Assembly: GCA_963823655.1 (NCBI GenBank)
Contig: CAWGMK010000007.1
Location: forward strand, 96,001-160,000
Origin: an uncultured Bacillota bacterium
Lineage (GTDB): Bacteria; Bacillota; DTU025; MWDF01
Length of the DNA stretch: 64,000 nucleotides
Reading direction: 5' to 3'
The position numbers and the translations under genes are program-made. The notes beneath the pieces were generated by a model that searched no databases, was not told the DNA's origin, and saw only the letters and a program-made list of their open reading frames with translations. Below, in pieces: positions 53,480 to 63,548 of the stretch (positions within the stretch are counted from its first letter, which is position 1; each line of letters opens with the position of its first letter).

Positions 53480-53531
53480 GAATCCTTTATTGTGCCAGCC
53501 CGCTGTGGTAGAATCTCCTTGCTTCGCATTT

Positions 53532-53605
53532 TGGGGAGTCGCCAAGCGGTAAGGCACGGGACTTTGGATCCTGTACCGCAGGTTCGAATCCTGCCTCCCC
53601 AGCCA
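53532..53605 (+). tRNA. tRNA-Gln (TTG)
   Basis: TGGGGAG...CTCCCCAGCCA; anticodon loop CTTTGGA; GGTTCGAATCC; hairpin terminator follows. Confidence 0.96.
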
Positions 53606-53700
53606 AAAACTATGGCCGGCTTCTTTTAAGGAGGCCGGCCTTCTCGTTGATGTTTGTAGAATCGATGGCGAGCCGGGAAGCGGGGGACTGAGCCGGGCGG

Positions 53701-54199
53701 CTATCTCGTTATCAGCTTGGCTATAGGCACTACTAGGACGATTATGCTTATCAGCCTTATAAGCTGCAAAATCGCAACGACAGGCGAGTTGGCATCCATC
53801 TCGGTGGCCACCATGGAAAGCTCGGTCATGCCGCCCGGCAGTGGAGCTGAATATCGCCGTCATCATGTCGAAGCCGAAGAACCTGTTCAGAATGAACGCT
53901 ATCGCAAAGCCTGTGGCAAGCAATATGCCGGTTATTACGGCGGCGGGTATTAGGAGCGACTTCAGCTGCTGCAAATCCATGTTCCGAAGCCCGAGCCCAA
54001 GTATGGCGCCCAAGACTACCTGCACAATCGCCTTAGAGTATGAGGGGAGTCCGCCGAGGTCCACTTTAAAAAGAGAGGCCGCCGCTACAGCGAGCATGGA
54101 ACCTATCATGGCGCCCGCCGGTATCTTAAGCTTGTATCCTACAAAACCTCCGACTGATGCTATGATAAGCGTCTTCAAGACCAACATGTACTGCTGCAT
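53701..54199 (-). CDS. Membrane AbrB-family protein (single-repeat form), apparent frameshift at ~53840
   Basis: IPAGAMIG, QVVLG..LG, then PGGMTELS...LQLIRL in the shifted frame. Confidence 0.8.
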
Positions 54200-54367
54200 A
54201 TGGATACCTCCGGGATTAGTGATATTGAAATTATCCCACCTGCTTGGGAAATTTCACATGGGTCGGACGATGATTTCCAAAATCCTGCCTGAAAGCATCG
54301 GTAGAAGCCATACAGCCAAGGGCCTGGATTAATAGCTGTACAATTCCACTCCACGTGCCAGGAATGG

Positions 54368-54401
54368 AGAAGCGGCGCCGAATAAAACCGGCGCCGCTTC
54401 T
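54368..54401. terminator. Hairpin downstream of prxU
   Basis: AGAAGCGGCGCCG...CGGCGCCGCTTCT, 13-bp stem. Confidence 0.65.
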
Positions 54402-54426
54402 TTAACAGTTAACTCAAACTCGCAGA

Positions 54427-55146
54427 TTACTCGTCAAATGCCTCTTTCACGCTCCATACCTTCCAGACATTGCCGACAAGCTCCGGTGATGGTCTCAGCG
54501 TCTTCTTGCCCGGCTTCCATCCGGAAGGGGTTGCCTCGGTGCCTTTGGAGGCTCTGACTAGCTGGAAGGCTTTCACCTGCCTGATGGTCTCGCTTACGTT
54601 TCTTCCGACGGGGGGAGTGAGGACTTCGAAACCCTGCACATTTCCGTCCGGGTCGATTATGAAACGGCCTCTGGTCTCAATCCCGTTTTCCTCGGAATAT
54701 ATGCCATATAGCTTGCCTATCTCGCCGCCCGAATCGGAAAGCATAGGAAACGGTATATCCCGTCCGATCATCTTGGAAAGCTCGTGCTCATTCCACATCT
54801 TGTGTACAAAATGGCTGTCTACGCTGCATGAGAGGACCTCTACGCCCAGGCTCTGGAATTCGTCGAATTTCTCGGCAACTGCCGAGACTTCGGTTGCTCA
54901 GACGAAGGTGAAGTCGCCCGGATAGAAACAGAGGACGACCCACTTGCCCTTATATTCCGAAAGGCTCACATTTACGAACTTGCCTTTGTAAAACGCCGAT
55001 GCGGTGAAATCCGGCGCCGGTTTGCCTACTTTTATCATATGCTGTATCTCCTCCTTCTGGTCCGTTGACTGTGCTATTGCGTCCGGCTGCCTTTCCGGCC
55101 TTTTAATCTCCGGCCTTTGACAGCCTGCCTTGAACTCTTCGGGCAT
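54427..55146 (-). CDS. prxU: Selenocysteine-containing peroxiredoxin PrxU (in-frame UGA at 54898-54900)
   Basis: [19 protein letters not shown] at the peroxidatic Cys position; continues in frame to [13 protein letters not shown]; N-terminal GC.RP. Confidence 0.9.
54870..54887 (-). promoter_or_regulatory. Putative bacterial SECIS hairpin of prxU
   Basis: UCUCGGC-AGUU-GCCGAGA beginning 10 nt after the UGA, with G in the apical loop. Confidence 0.7.
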
Positions 55147-55326
55147 TTACATCCCCCCTTCTCTGCGCAATCATAGCCACTAAATTATGGATACGTAAAT
55201 AATTCTGCGCCGTTTTACATAAACCTCTTAGATAGTTATCGATACGATAGCAACATTCCAACCGAGTTTATCGTTAGGGAGATATAGCAGATAATGACCC
55301 GTTAGGGTCTTGCGGGAGGAAATAAA

Positions 55327-55725
55327 GTGGAAGAGATGATCAATTCGGAGGCAACTCCAAAAGAGGGGCCGAAACCAATCGAGCAGAGCCAGCCTGTAGG
55401 CGCAAAAGAGCCCGAGGCGATAATACAGAAGGTCTCGCGCCATTTCAGAGTCTCGAACTTTATATACATTATCGGTGTTTTGGAGATGGCAGCGGGTGCC
55501 GTGCTGGGCGTTGCACTGTTCTTCGTCAACATGGCGGGGTTCAGGGGTTACGGCTATAACTACTATTATAATATGCCCAGGCTATCCAGCTTCTTCAGCT
55601 CCCTGCTAATGGCGCTTTTCGTCTTTTGTGCATTCCTCGTAAGCGGGGCGATGACGCTGGGCTTCGGCAAGATGGTGCAAGCAGCCGAGGTCTACATCCA
55701 GAGGCGTGGGAAAAAGCAGGCATAA
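55327..55725 (+). CDS. Hypothetical two-TM membrane protein
   Basis: GGAGGA RBS, two hydrophobic helices, downstream hairpin. Confidence 0.6.
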   Translation: MEEMINSEATPKEGPKPIEQSQPVGAKEPEAIIQKVSRHFRVSNFIYIIGVLEMAAGAVLGVALFFVNMAGFRGYGYNYYYNMPRLSSFFSSLLMALFVFCAFLVSGAMTLGFGKMVQAAEVYIQRRGKKQA

Positions 55726-55787
55726 CACGGGTACAATGAAGGGCCCTCCTTTGACGGAGAGCCCTTTTTGCATCCATTAGCCCATTA

Positions 55788-57026
55788 TTAGGACATTATG
55801 CGCTTTTCGCCCTGAAGAGCCTTGATTGCGCTGATCTCCTGCGACACTTCCAAAGCCCCCGCATACTTGCCGTTCTCGTCGCGCACCGCGAAATACCTGA
55901 TATATACCATCATTCCATGCATGTTGATCCAGAAATCCTCATTATCCTTGGCGCCCGATTTGAAGTCGTTTAGGATCTGCTCCACAACGGCCATGCTCTT
56001 GGGCGGATGGCAGTTCTGTACAAGCCTTCCGATTATGGTCTTGTTCCTGGGGAATATCCGCTCCTTGGAATTGGAGAAGTAGCGGACCACATCGTTCTCA
56101 TCGATGAAAGTGATGTCAACCGGCATGTGATTGAGCATGAGCTCTATCTGGGCAGGCTTCAGCACTCCTGTCCCAAGGTTAATGGATGATCCGGACGGCT
56201 TGCCCTCAGGTGAATAAGCATCTACCTCTTTGGCGACAGACACACGCTCGGGGTTCCATTTCGATGTTGGCGGCACCAGACAGTAGCCGAGTTCATCGCT
56301 TTCGTTCTCAACTTTTATCCAATCGTCCTCTGAAAGGGCGTTGGTCATCATAGGATAGAGGATGTTCCTCTCTTTGAAGATCATGTCGGACACTTTCTGC
56401 GCGGCGTCGGTCGCCACTTTCACGGCCTCGGCCCTCTTGCCCATCACCAGCACTTTAGCGCCCTTGATCATCGCCCTGATTTCGTCATGCACGCCCCACA
56501 TCACCTTAGGGGGCGCGGTTATGCCGGCTCCTTCAAGGAAGGGGAAAATGAGGTTCTCTTTCCTGAGATAATGCTTGTCCACGTCGGCAAGCCCGTTTAG
56601 AGCCTCAAGCACCTTGAACGAATTGGGCTCTGATGCGAGCCTCGCATACTCGTTGATAGCGGGCATCAGCTGCGTTGAGATAAGATTTTCAATCGCCTTA
56701 TTCTCAACTTCTAGCTGATAGACGGGATGCCCTGCAGTGTCGATCGCCTTAGCTGGTATGTGTATGTTCTCCACGGAAGTGCCCATGATGGCGGCATGCA
56801 CGTCGCACATCTTCTGTATCTCTTCCACCGGCATGCCCTCTTGGACCAGGGTGGCTTCTATGGCCGCTATCTCCTCGGAGCTTACACCGCCGAACAGAGC
56901 CTTGAATTCCTTTGTTACCTCGTCTTTGGACCTGCCCGCGTGAAGGTCCATAATAAGGCGCTTCAGGTGATGCTGCCTTACAGGGTCCAGACCTTTTGCG
57001 TTATTGTTGTGGATCATCTCACTCAT
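55788..57026 (-). CDS. DUF438 / hemerythrin-like / PAS domain protein
   Basis: LH.G, EI...E..L, MCDVH, GHP, HY.RKEN..FP, VMWGVHDEIR, DITFID..D, V.NCHPP.S. Confidence 0.88.
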   Translation of the reverse strand: MSEMIHNNNAKGLDPVRQHHLKRLIMDLHAGRSKDEVTKEFKALFGGVSSEEIAAIEATLVQEGMPVEEIQKMCDVHAAIMGTSVENIHIPAKAIDTAGHPVYQLEVENKAIENLISTQLMPAINEYARLASEPNSFKVLEALNGLADVDKHYLRKENLIFPFLEGAGITAPPKVMWGVHDEIRAMIKGAKVLVMGKRAEAVKVATDAAQKVSDMIFKERNILYPMMTNALSEDDWIKVENESDELGYCLVPPTSKWNPERVSVAKEVDAYSPEGKPSGSSINLGTGVLKPAQIELMLNHMPVDITFIDENDVVRYFSNSKERIFPRNKTIIGRLVQNCHPPKSMAVVEQILNDFKSGAKDNEDFWINMHGMMVYIRYFAVRDENGKYAGALEVSQEISAIKALQGEKRIMS

Positions 57027-57067
57027 GTTGATGCCTCCTATGTAAATTGTAAATCCGATCTAATTTA

Positions 57068-57090
57068 TATCCTACCAATATAGTAGGATA
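57068..57090. promoter_or_regulatory. Palindromic operator upstream of the DUF438 gene (Rrf2-like architecture)
   Basis: TATCCTAC-N7-GTAGGATA perfect inverted repeat. Confidence 0.5.
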
Positions 57091-57280
57091 ATAGTCTCTA
57101 CAAATCAGTAATAAATATTACGTTGTTGCAAATTTAAAAATTCATGATCATCATTTGCGGGAAGCCACTAGGACTATGTGTATAAAACTCGGTCACAAAC
57201 GAAAATTATTGAATATGTGGCACAAATATACAATGATATGCAATAATAACTGTATATCTATTATCTCGCTGAGGTGGACC

Positions 57281-58264
57281 ATGGACGGTACGGCATTTAT
57301 TGGGTATCTAAGGAATATTGGTTTGGACGACAAGGCGGCGCGCAGGCAGCTTGCGATTGCCGAGCACCTGGATGTAATGATGGAGGCCAGGAACAAGGCA
57401 AACGGGTCCGGTTGCGGCAAAAGGGCAGCAAGGAGCCTTATAGATTATCTTGTGGAAGCGAAGCAGGATACGGTCGATAACATAACCGCCGTATTGAGAT
57501 ATGGCCATTTCGTAGGCAATGACGACATTTACGTCGAGGCGTTTCAGATCCTGGACGGCGTAGAGGCCTTGGACAACCTCTACTTGAGGCTGGCAGATGT
57601 TGCGGGCAAAGAAACGAGAGATGCGATTTTCAGCTCAATCCCGGGAATATCCCCGGGTACAGCCGCCGATGTTAAAGCCGGGGCCATGCGTACGGCAATC
57701 GGCAAAGCTCTGGAGGCGTTGGATCAAAAGCAATTAGACGAGCTGTTCATAACAAGCTTCAGGGACCTTGACCCTAAAGCATATGAAAAGGATAGATGCC
57801 TGTTTCTGGAATGCGGGGGTGTAGACGCTTTCACCGCCGCGAAGAAAAGGCAATTCTTAGAGGAACTTAATGCATCAATGCGAGCCAAAAAACTCTTCTT
57901 CGGCCAGGAAATCACGCCCGACGTAATTAGTTACGTTGAGGCTGACCCCGAGAGTTGCGTCGGAAAAAGGGATGGCGGAAGTGTATATGTAACGAAGATC
58001 CCTTTCCGGGCGAAGAGGTGGCTTGAGGAGAAGGACCCCAAGATGCGCAGATACCTGTACTGCCACTGTCCCTGGGCAAGGGAATCCATCCTGTCTCAGG
58101 AGGGAAGCGTTCCGGCGGAGTTTTGCAGGTGCAGCGCAGGCTTTCATAAGAGGGCATGGGAGGCAATATTCGAAGAGCAGCTGAAATGCGAAGTAATGGA
58201 ATCTGTCCTCGCCGGGGACGACAGGTGCAGATTTAAGATTTCTCTGCCCCAAAGCGCTTTTTAA
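57281..58264 (+). CDS. Cys-motif protein, DUF6144/V4R-like C-terminus
   Basis: YCHCPW, FCRCSAG, ESVL.G...CRF.I; GAGGTG RBS. Confidence 0.7.
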   Translation: MDGTAFIGYLRNIGLDDKAARRQLAIAEHLDVMMEARNKANGSGCGKRAARSLIDYLVEAKQDTVDNITAVLRYGHFVGNDDIYVEAFQILDGVEALDNLYLRLADVAGKETRDAIFSSIPGISPGTAADVKAGAMRTAIGKALEALDQKQLDELFITSFRDLDPKAYEKDRCLFLECGGVDAFTAAKKRQFLEELNASMRAKKLFFGQEITPDVISYVEADPESCVGKRDGGSVYVTKIPFRAKRWLEEKDPKMRRYLYCHCPWARESILSQEGSVPAEFCRCSAGFHKRAWEAIFEEQLKCEVMESVLAGDDRCRFKISLPQSAF

Positions 58265-58310
58265 ACCCTGGCGGACGTTAACATTGTCGAAACAAACCTA
58301 CAATAGGTGC

Positions 58311-58343
58311 AAAAGAAAGAAGCCCGGCCTCGGCCGGGCTTCT
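58311..58343. terminator. Terminator hairpin between convergent genes
   Basis: A-rich flank plus AGAAGCCCGGCC-TC-GGCCGGGCTTCT. Confidence 0.7.
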
Positions 58344-58361
58344 AATGCGCCATCAGAGTGT

Positions 58362-59036
58362 CTAGTCTATATAGGGCATATCACTGATATTGCCAGTAGG
58401 GTATACGACGCCGACGCTTTCCAGGAAGAAGCCATAGCCGTCATTCAACGGGAAATCCTCTTCTACCCATACATTCGGGCCGAACCACTCGGAATCGTAT
58501 ACTGACAGCTCGAAGTTTGCATACTCAACATCGTTCAGGAATATCTTGACCTTGTTGCCCCTCTTTACGAGCTTGAAATCGTTATATCCATGGGTATTGA
58601 GGCCAGGTGCGTCTCCGTCTTCGTCGTAATGCACGACAGACGTCCCATCGTGTTCCTCTATGTAATAGCCTGCATCGTCGGTGTTAGGATTGTAGAATTC
58701 GATATGGATATCATTATCCGTAGTGTGATACCATGTACCGTCTCCCAGGCAGATGCCGAAATCAAGAGTGTGATTCTCGTCGGCATTCAGGTAGAAAGTG
58801 ACAATGTAGGTGAGATCCCCGGAGAAGCGGAAAGGACAGGCCACGTTGGCGTCCTCTGCCGTGAAACCCTTGGAGGTAAATCCCCAGGCTTCGTCCTCCT
58901 CCAAAATCCAGTCGCCCTCCGAATTGCTTAAAGACTGCTCGTCTCTGAAACTGAAGAAATAGGTCTTGTTACACCCTGTAAGCGACAGAATGGCCAATAT
59001 GAACAGGATCGTCATGGCTATTTTTAAAGACTTCAC
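58362..59036 (-). CDS. Hypothetical acidic lipoprotein, paralog 1
   Basis: Lipobox LTGC; AGGAGG RBS; similar to 59271-60017. Confidence 0.75.
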   Translation of the reverse strand: MKSLKIAMTILFILAILSLTGCNKTYFFSFRDEQSLSNSEGDWILEEDEAWGFTSKGFTAEDANVACPFRFSGDLTYIVTFYLNADENHTLDFGICLGDGTWYHTTDNDIHIEFYNPNTDDAGYYIEEHDGTSVVHYDEDGDAPGLNTHGYNDFKLVKRGNKVKIFLNDVEYANFELSVYDSEWFGPNVWVEEDFPLNDGYGFFLESVGVVYPTGNISDMPYID

Positions 59037-59270
59037 GCTTACCCCTCCTTTTTACTGGATATCCTTTCACTATTTCTATGCGAAGGCCATTAAACCTGCA
59101 AAACAGGAATAATTCGTGAATAATTTAATGCTTAGAAAGAGTACAAATGATTCCAACCAAGCGCACAGATTGTGTTTCATTAATGAAAATGTCGATAAAA
59201 GGCCGGGCGGCATCCGGCAAGCGGGTTTTCGAAGTGCCGCCCAGCGCCTTACTAGGAAAAAATGATCCGA

Positions 59271-60017
59271 CTAAATCGGTAGAGGAGTATCATCTATTCC
59301 TCCCTCGGGATAGGTGACTTTCACGCTTTCTAAGAAGAAACCGTACTCAGGCAGCAATATGTCCGGCTCGGCGGACATGATTACTGCTACAATCGGATTT
59401 CGCGCCTCGATACCGGGGGCGAACCACTCTGACTCATAGCTATCAAGATCGAAATCGGCGAATATCACACCATTCATCCTGGCTACAATATGATCGCCCC
59501 TCTTAACTAACCTGAATGTGTTCTTTCCGCTCCTTCTGAGGTTAGGATGGGGATCCTCGACATAATATTCCGGCATCACCATTGCGTCTGCACCGTGCTC
59601 GACTATCATCCAATACTCCTCGTCGCCTCCGACACCGTAGAATTCGATATGTATCTCGCTCTCAGAGGTTCCCTTCCACGTGCCGTCGCCCAAATTGAGC
59701 CCGAAATTTACCCAGTGCAGCTCGTTTGCCCTGAGGGTGAAGACAACCTCATATGTGATGTCGCCGCTAAACATGAAAGGACAGGAGACAATCTTTCCGT
59801 TGAGGTACAGCCCGTCAGGGGTGAACACGTACTCCCCGCCAATAGAAGGAGAGACGGATTTTATCATCGCGAAATAATCGTCCATATGCCAGGTGCCCTC
59901 GTCGTTGCTGAGGGATTGCTCGTTAATAAAGTTGAACGAATAAGCCCTGTCGCAGCCCGGTATCGCCGCAACGGCGATTACGGTAAGAAAAACCAGTGCG
60001 ATTCTCAATAGCTTCAC
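59271..60017 (-). CDS. Hypothetical lipoprotein, paralog 2
   Basis: Lipobox-like IPGC; shares EQSLSN.EG.W, CPF.FSGD, GDGTW, YGFFLESV. Confidence 0.75.
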   Translation of the reverse strand: MKLLRIALVFLTVIAVAAIPGCDRAYSFNFINEQSLSNDEGTWHMDDYFAMIKSVSPSIGGEYVFTPDGLYLNGKIVSCPFMFSGDITYEVVFTLRANELHWVNFGLNLGDGTWKGTSESEIHIEFYGVGGDEEYWMIVEHGADAMVMPEYYVEDPHPNLRRSGKNTFRLVKRGDHIVARMNGVIFADFDLDSYESEWFAPGIEARNPIVAVIMSAEPDILLPEYGFFLESVKVTYPEGGIDDTPLPI

Positions 60018-60313
60018 TTTAATCCCTCCTAAAAGTTTTCCCGGCTTAATCGGGCCTAACCATGCCCCATAAGCACGGCTTCTTGCAGCATAGTAATCTC
60101 CCGAAAGGCCTTCACGGCAGATTTTCCGATCAAACAGACCGCCTTCGACAATGAAACATTGCCTTTATGTAATATTCCACAACTTGACATAAAATCCTAT
60201 TCCATTGCGACGATATAGAGACGATATAGACGGGGGCTTATATTCATACAGCACAGCGCCTTTTGCGGGCAAAAAAGGCATCAGCGTGCTATAATATTGC
60301 GCGTATCCCTATT

Positions 60314-60341
60314 GAAGGATTTGCCGACTCCGGCATAGAAT
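60314..60341 (+). promoter_or_regulatory. Putative SigH-type promoter of glmU
   Basis: GAAGGA-18 bp-GAAT. Confidence 0.45.
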
Positions 60342-60400
60342 CCGATATTCAGTAGCGGGGCCAAATAAGGGCGCAAGCTCTTTAACGGGGGAATGATGTC

Positions 60401-61789
60401 ATGCCATTTGCGGGGCTCATCCTTGCGGCGGGAATGTCAAAGAGGATGAAATCGTCTCTCCCTAAGGTTTTGCACAAGGTCAACGGCCTTCCTGTTATCG
60501 ACCACGTCATTTCAAACCTTCAGAAAGCAGGCTGTGACCGCATTGCGACCGTAGTGGGGCACATGGGGGAGCAGGTAGCTGAACACATAAACGGCAAATC
60601 CGATATATTCTGGCAGCATGAGAGGCTGGGCACCGCCCACGCGGTGATGCAGGCCCAAGCCCTTCTTGACACCTATTCCGGCCCTGTGCTGGTAATACCG
60701 GGGGACGCCCCCGCCACAAGGCCATCCACCATAAGGCAGCTCATAGACGCACACACAAGCCGCGAATCCGCCGCGACAGTACTTACCATGATCCTTGACG
60801 ATCCGGCATCTTACGGCAGGATAGTGCGCGATTCCTTCGGGGATTTCACCGACATAGTCGAATACAAGGACGCAAGCGACGATATAAGAGAGATAAACGA
60901 AGTGTCCACCGGCATAATAGTCTTCGATGCCGCAAAGCTTTCGGACGCCCTCCGGTATATAGGCAACGACAACGCCCAGGGAGAATATTACCTGACCGAT
61001 ACGCTGAAAGTGCTTTACCAGGCAGGACACAGCATCCGGGCGGAGGTCCTCGATGACGAGACTGAAGGCATTGGAATAAACAGCAGGGCGGATCTGGCCG
61101 AAGCGCAGCACGTGCTGGGGATGAGGAAACTGTCGGAGCTGATGGCATCAGGCGTGAGCATAATATCCCCGGAAAACACCTTCGTCGAGGAGGAAGCCTT
61201 AGTCGGACCTGATACCGTGCTGCACCCCTTCACCATTATCTACGGCAAGTCGGTAATCGGCTCAGGATGCGAAATTGGTCCGGGTACCACAGTGGAAAGG
61301 TCCGTTGTGGAAGACGGCAGCGAGGTCTGCAATTCATATATCACGGACTGCCGCATCGGCCCGGACTGCAAAGTGGGCCCCTTCGCCTATATAAGGCCGG
61401 GGACAGTGCTCAAAGCAGGCGTGAAGGCGGGCTCCTTCGTTGAGATCAAGAACTCCAACATCGGCGAGGGGTCGAAAGTACCTCACCTGTCATATGTTGG
61501 CGACACTGACATGGGTTCGGGCGTCAACATCGGATGCGGCACAGTAGTTTGCAATTACGACGGGTTCAGGAAGCACAGGACCACGATAGAGGATAATGCC
61601 TTCGTCGGGTCCAACACCAACCTTGTAGCGCCGGTCAAGGTGGGCAGGGGCTCATACATAGCGACGGGTTCCACCATAACGACGGATGTGCCCGAGGGGG
61701 CGCTCGGCGTGGCCAGGGCGAGGCAGGAGAACAAGGAAGGCTGGGTCGAGAGGAAAAAGCGCCTAATAAAGGGAGAAAAGGATGACTAG
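60401..61789 (+). CDS. glmU: Bifunctional UDP-GlcNAc diphosphorylase / glucosamine-1-P acetyltransferase
   Basis: LAAG...RMKS..PKVLH, LGT.HAV, YGRI, EYYLTD, hexapeptide repeats, HLSY.GD, NYDG. Confidence 0.97.
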   Translation: MPFAGLILAAGMSKRMKSSLPKVLHKVNGLPVIDHVISNLQKAGCDRIATVVGHMGEQVAEHINGKSDIFWQHERLGTAHAVMQAQALLDTYSGPVLVIPGDAPATRPSTIRQLIDAHTSRESAATVLTMILDDPASYGRIVRDSFGDFTDIVEYKDASDDIREINEVSTGIIVFDAAKLSDALRYIGNDNAQGEYYLTDTLKVLYQAGHSIRAEVLDDETEGIGINSRADLAEAQHVLGMRKLSELMASGVSIISPENTFVEEEALVGPDTVLHPFTIIYGKSVIGSGCEIGPGTTVERSVVEDGSEVCNSYITDCRIGPDCKVGPFAYIRPGTVLKAGVKAGSFVEIKNSNIGEGSKVPHLSYVGDTDMGSGVNIGCGTVVCNYDGFRKHRTTIEDNAFVGSNTNLVAPVKVGRGSYIATGSTITTDVPEGALGVARARQENKEGWVERKKRLIKGEKDD

Positions 61790-62750
61790 GGAGGCTTTAT
61801 CTATGATTGCATGCCACAGGAAGCTAAAGATCATGACAGGCACATCAAACCCTGTGCTTGCGCAGGAAATAGCGGACGCGCTGGGCGTCCCTATTGTAAA
61901 GAGCGCAGTCACCCGCTTTTCGGACGGCGAATTCAGGGTGCAGATATTCGAGACCGTAAGAGGCGCTGACGTCTTCGTGATACAGTCTCTCGGAAACCCA
62001 GTACACGATAATCTCATGGAAGTACTTATCATGGCGGATGCCTTAAGACGGGCCTCCGCGCGCTCTATAACCGCAGTAATCCCTTATTACGGCTATGCAA
62101 GGCAGGACAGGAAGTCGTCCTCCAGGGAGCCGATAACCGCTAAACTTGTGGCAAACCTTCTGGTAACAGCCGGCGTTAGCAGGGTGCTGACATTGGACCT
62201 TCACGCCCCCCAGATCCAGGGCTTCTTCGATATTCCGGTGGACCATATGCAAGCGGCTCCGCTTCTGGCGGATTATATGAAGGAGATCGGACTTACGGAA
62301 TGCGTCGTAGTATCTCCTGACGTGGGCGGCGTCTCAAGAGCCAGGGCGCTGGGCGACAGGATAGGCGCGACCCTTGCCATAATTGACAAGAGGCGGCCCA
62401 AGCCCAACGTATCCGAAGTCATGCACATAATTGGTGATGTTGAGGGCAAATCCTGCGTGCTGGTGGACGACATAATCGACACTGCAGGGACCTTGTGCCT
62501 TGCCGCCGACGCGCTCATTGAAGCGGGTGCCAAGGAAGTATACGCGCTCTGCTCGCACGGCGTGCTGTCGGGCCCGGCGATATCGCGCATCAACCAGTCG
62601 CACCTGCAGCAGCTGATAATAACAAACAGCCTTCCGAGGGATTCCTCATCCCCCTGCGACAAGATCAAGGTGCTGTCGGTAGGGCGGATGATGGCAGAGG
62701 CCATACGCAGGATCTACGAGGAGCTCTCCGTCTCGATACTGTTCAACTAG
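61782..62750 (+). CDS. prs: Ribose-phosphate pyrophosphokinase (start may be 61803)
   Basis: [43 protein letters not shown]. Confidence 0.97.
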   Translation: MTREALSMIACHRKLKIMTGTSNPVLAQEIADALGVPIVKSAVTRFSDGEFRVQIFETVRGADVFVIQSLGNPVHDNLMEVLIMADALRRASARSITAVIPYYGYARQDRKSSSREPITAKLVANLLVTAGVSRVLTLDLHAPQIQGFFDIPVDHMQAAPLLADYMKEIGLTECVVVSPDVGGVSRARALGDRIGATLAIIDKRRPKPNVSEVMHIIGDVEGKSCVLVDDIIDTAGTLCLAADALIEAGAKEVYALCSHGVLSGPAISRINQSHLQQLIITNSLPRDSSSPCDKIKVLSVGRMMAEAIRRIYEELSVSILFN

Positions 62751-62759
62751 GAGGGCGCG

Positions 62760-63353
62760 ATGGGATCTTGGCTGGTCGCGGGCCTGGGGAATCCGGGCAG
62801 CGCATATGAGACAACGAGGCACAACATGGGCTTTCTTGCGGCCGATCTGATCGCGCGCCGCATGAAGGGGCGTTTCGTGCGCACCAGATGGAATGCCGTC
62901 GCCGCCAAATGCCTCTTCGCGGGCGAGCAGATAGTGATCCTTAAGCCCCACTCCTTCATGAACCTGTCCGGAGGGCCCGTTGCTGCGGCAATGAGGGCGA
63001 CAGGCGCGGACCCTGCCCGCCTGATCGTCATCTATGACGACATGGACCTGGACCCCGGGCGCATCAGGGTGCGCCCCTCGGGCAGCGCCGGAGGGCACAA
63101 GGGCATGAAGTCCATAATAGGCACAATCGGCACTGAAGAGTTCGCAAGGGTGCGGATAGGAATAGGCAGGCCCCCCGCATACGCCCAGACCATAGACTTC
63201 GTGCTTGAGCGCCCAGACAGGCAGGAAGCCAGGCTGCTTGCCATGGCGGTGGAGACGGCAGCGGAGGCCGTCGAGGAGATAATAATGGCGGGGGCGGAGT
63301 CTGCCGCCTCGAAGTTCAACGGCCAGGCGATAAAGCCAGCCGACGGCTCGTAG
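62760..63353 (+). CDS. pth: Peptidyl-tRNA hydrolase
   Basis: GLGNPG..Y..TRHN.GF, KP..FMNLSG, DD.DL, GGH.G, R.RIGIGRP. Confidence 0.96.
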   Translation: MGSWLVAGLGNPGSAYETTRHNMGFLAADLIARRMKGRFVRTRWNAVAAKCLFAGEQIVILKPHSFMNLSGGPVAAAMRATGADPARLIVIYDDMDLDPGRIRVRPSGSAGGHKGMKSIIGTIGTEEFARVRIGIGRPPAYAQTIDFVLERPDRQEARLLAMAVETAAEAVEEIIMAGAESAASKFNGQAIKPADGS

Positions 63354-63548
63354 ACCGATCCTGAACCTTAGGAATTATGCCCGTTAAAAGGCAGGATTCT
63401 TGATGCGGGTATTGCTAATTCCGGCATAGCTGCGATACGGCAGGGGATGTAAAGTGGCCCCCGCCGACGGTTGTGATTCCATAAGGCTATAGTTTTTACT
63501 GGAAGGCTGATTAGTAAGGCTCAAGAAGCGAGGTTCGGGGAGGTTTCA

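Noticed and set aside
54898-55146. Separate 82-aa ORF or nonsense-mutated peroxiredoxin
   Set aside because: The UGA is at the catalytic position with a SECIS-like hairpin; treated as one selenoprotein
60209-60232. Short direct repeat GACGATATAGA x2 upstream of glmU
   Set aside because: Two copies only and no supporting context
53606-60300. Integrative mobile element at tRNA-Gln
   Set aside because: No integrase, transposase or att duplication seen; kept only as an accessory islet
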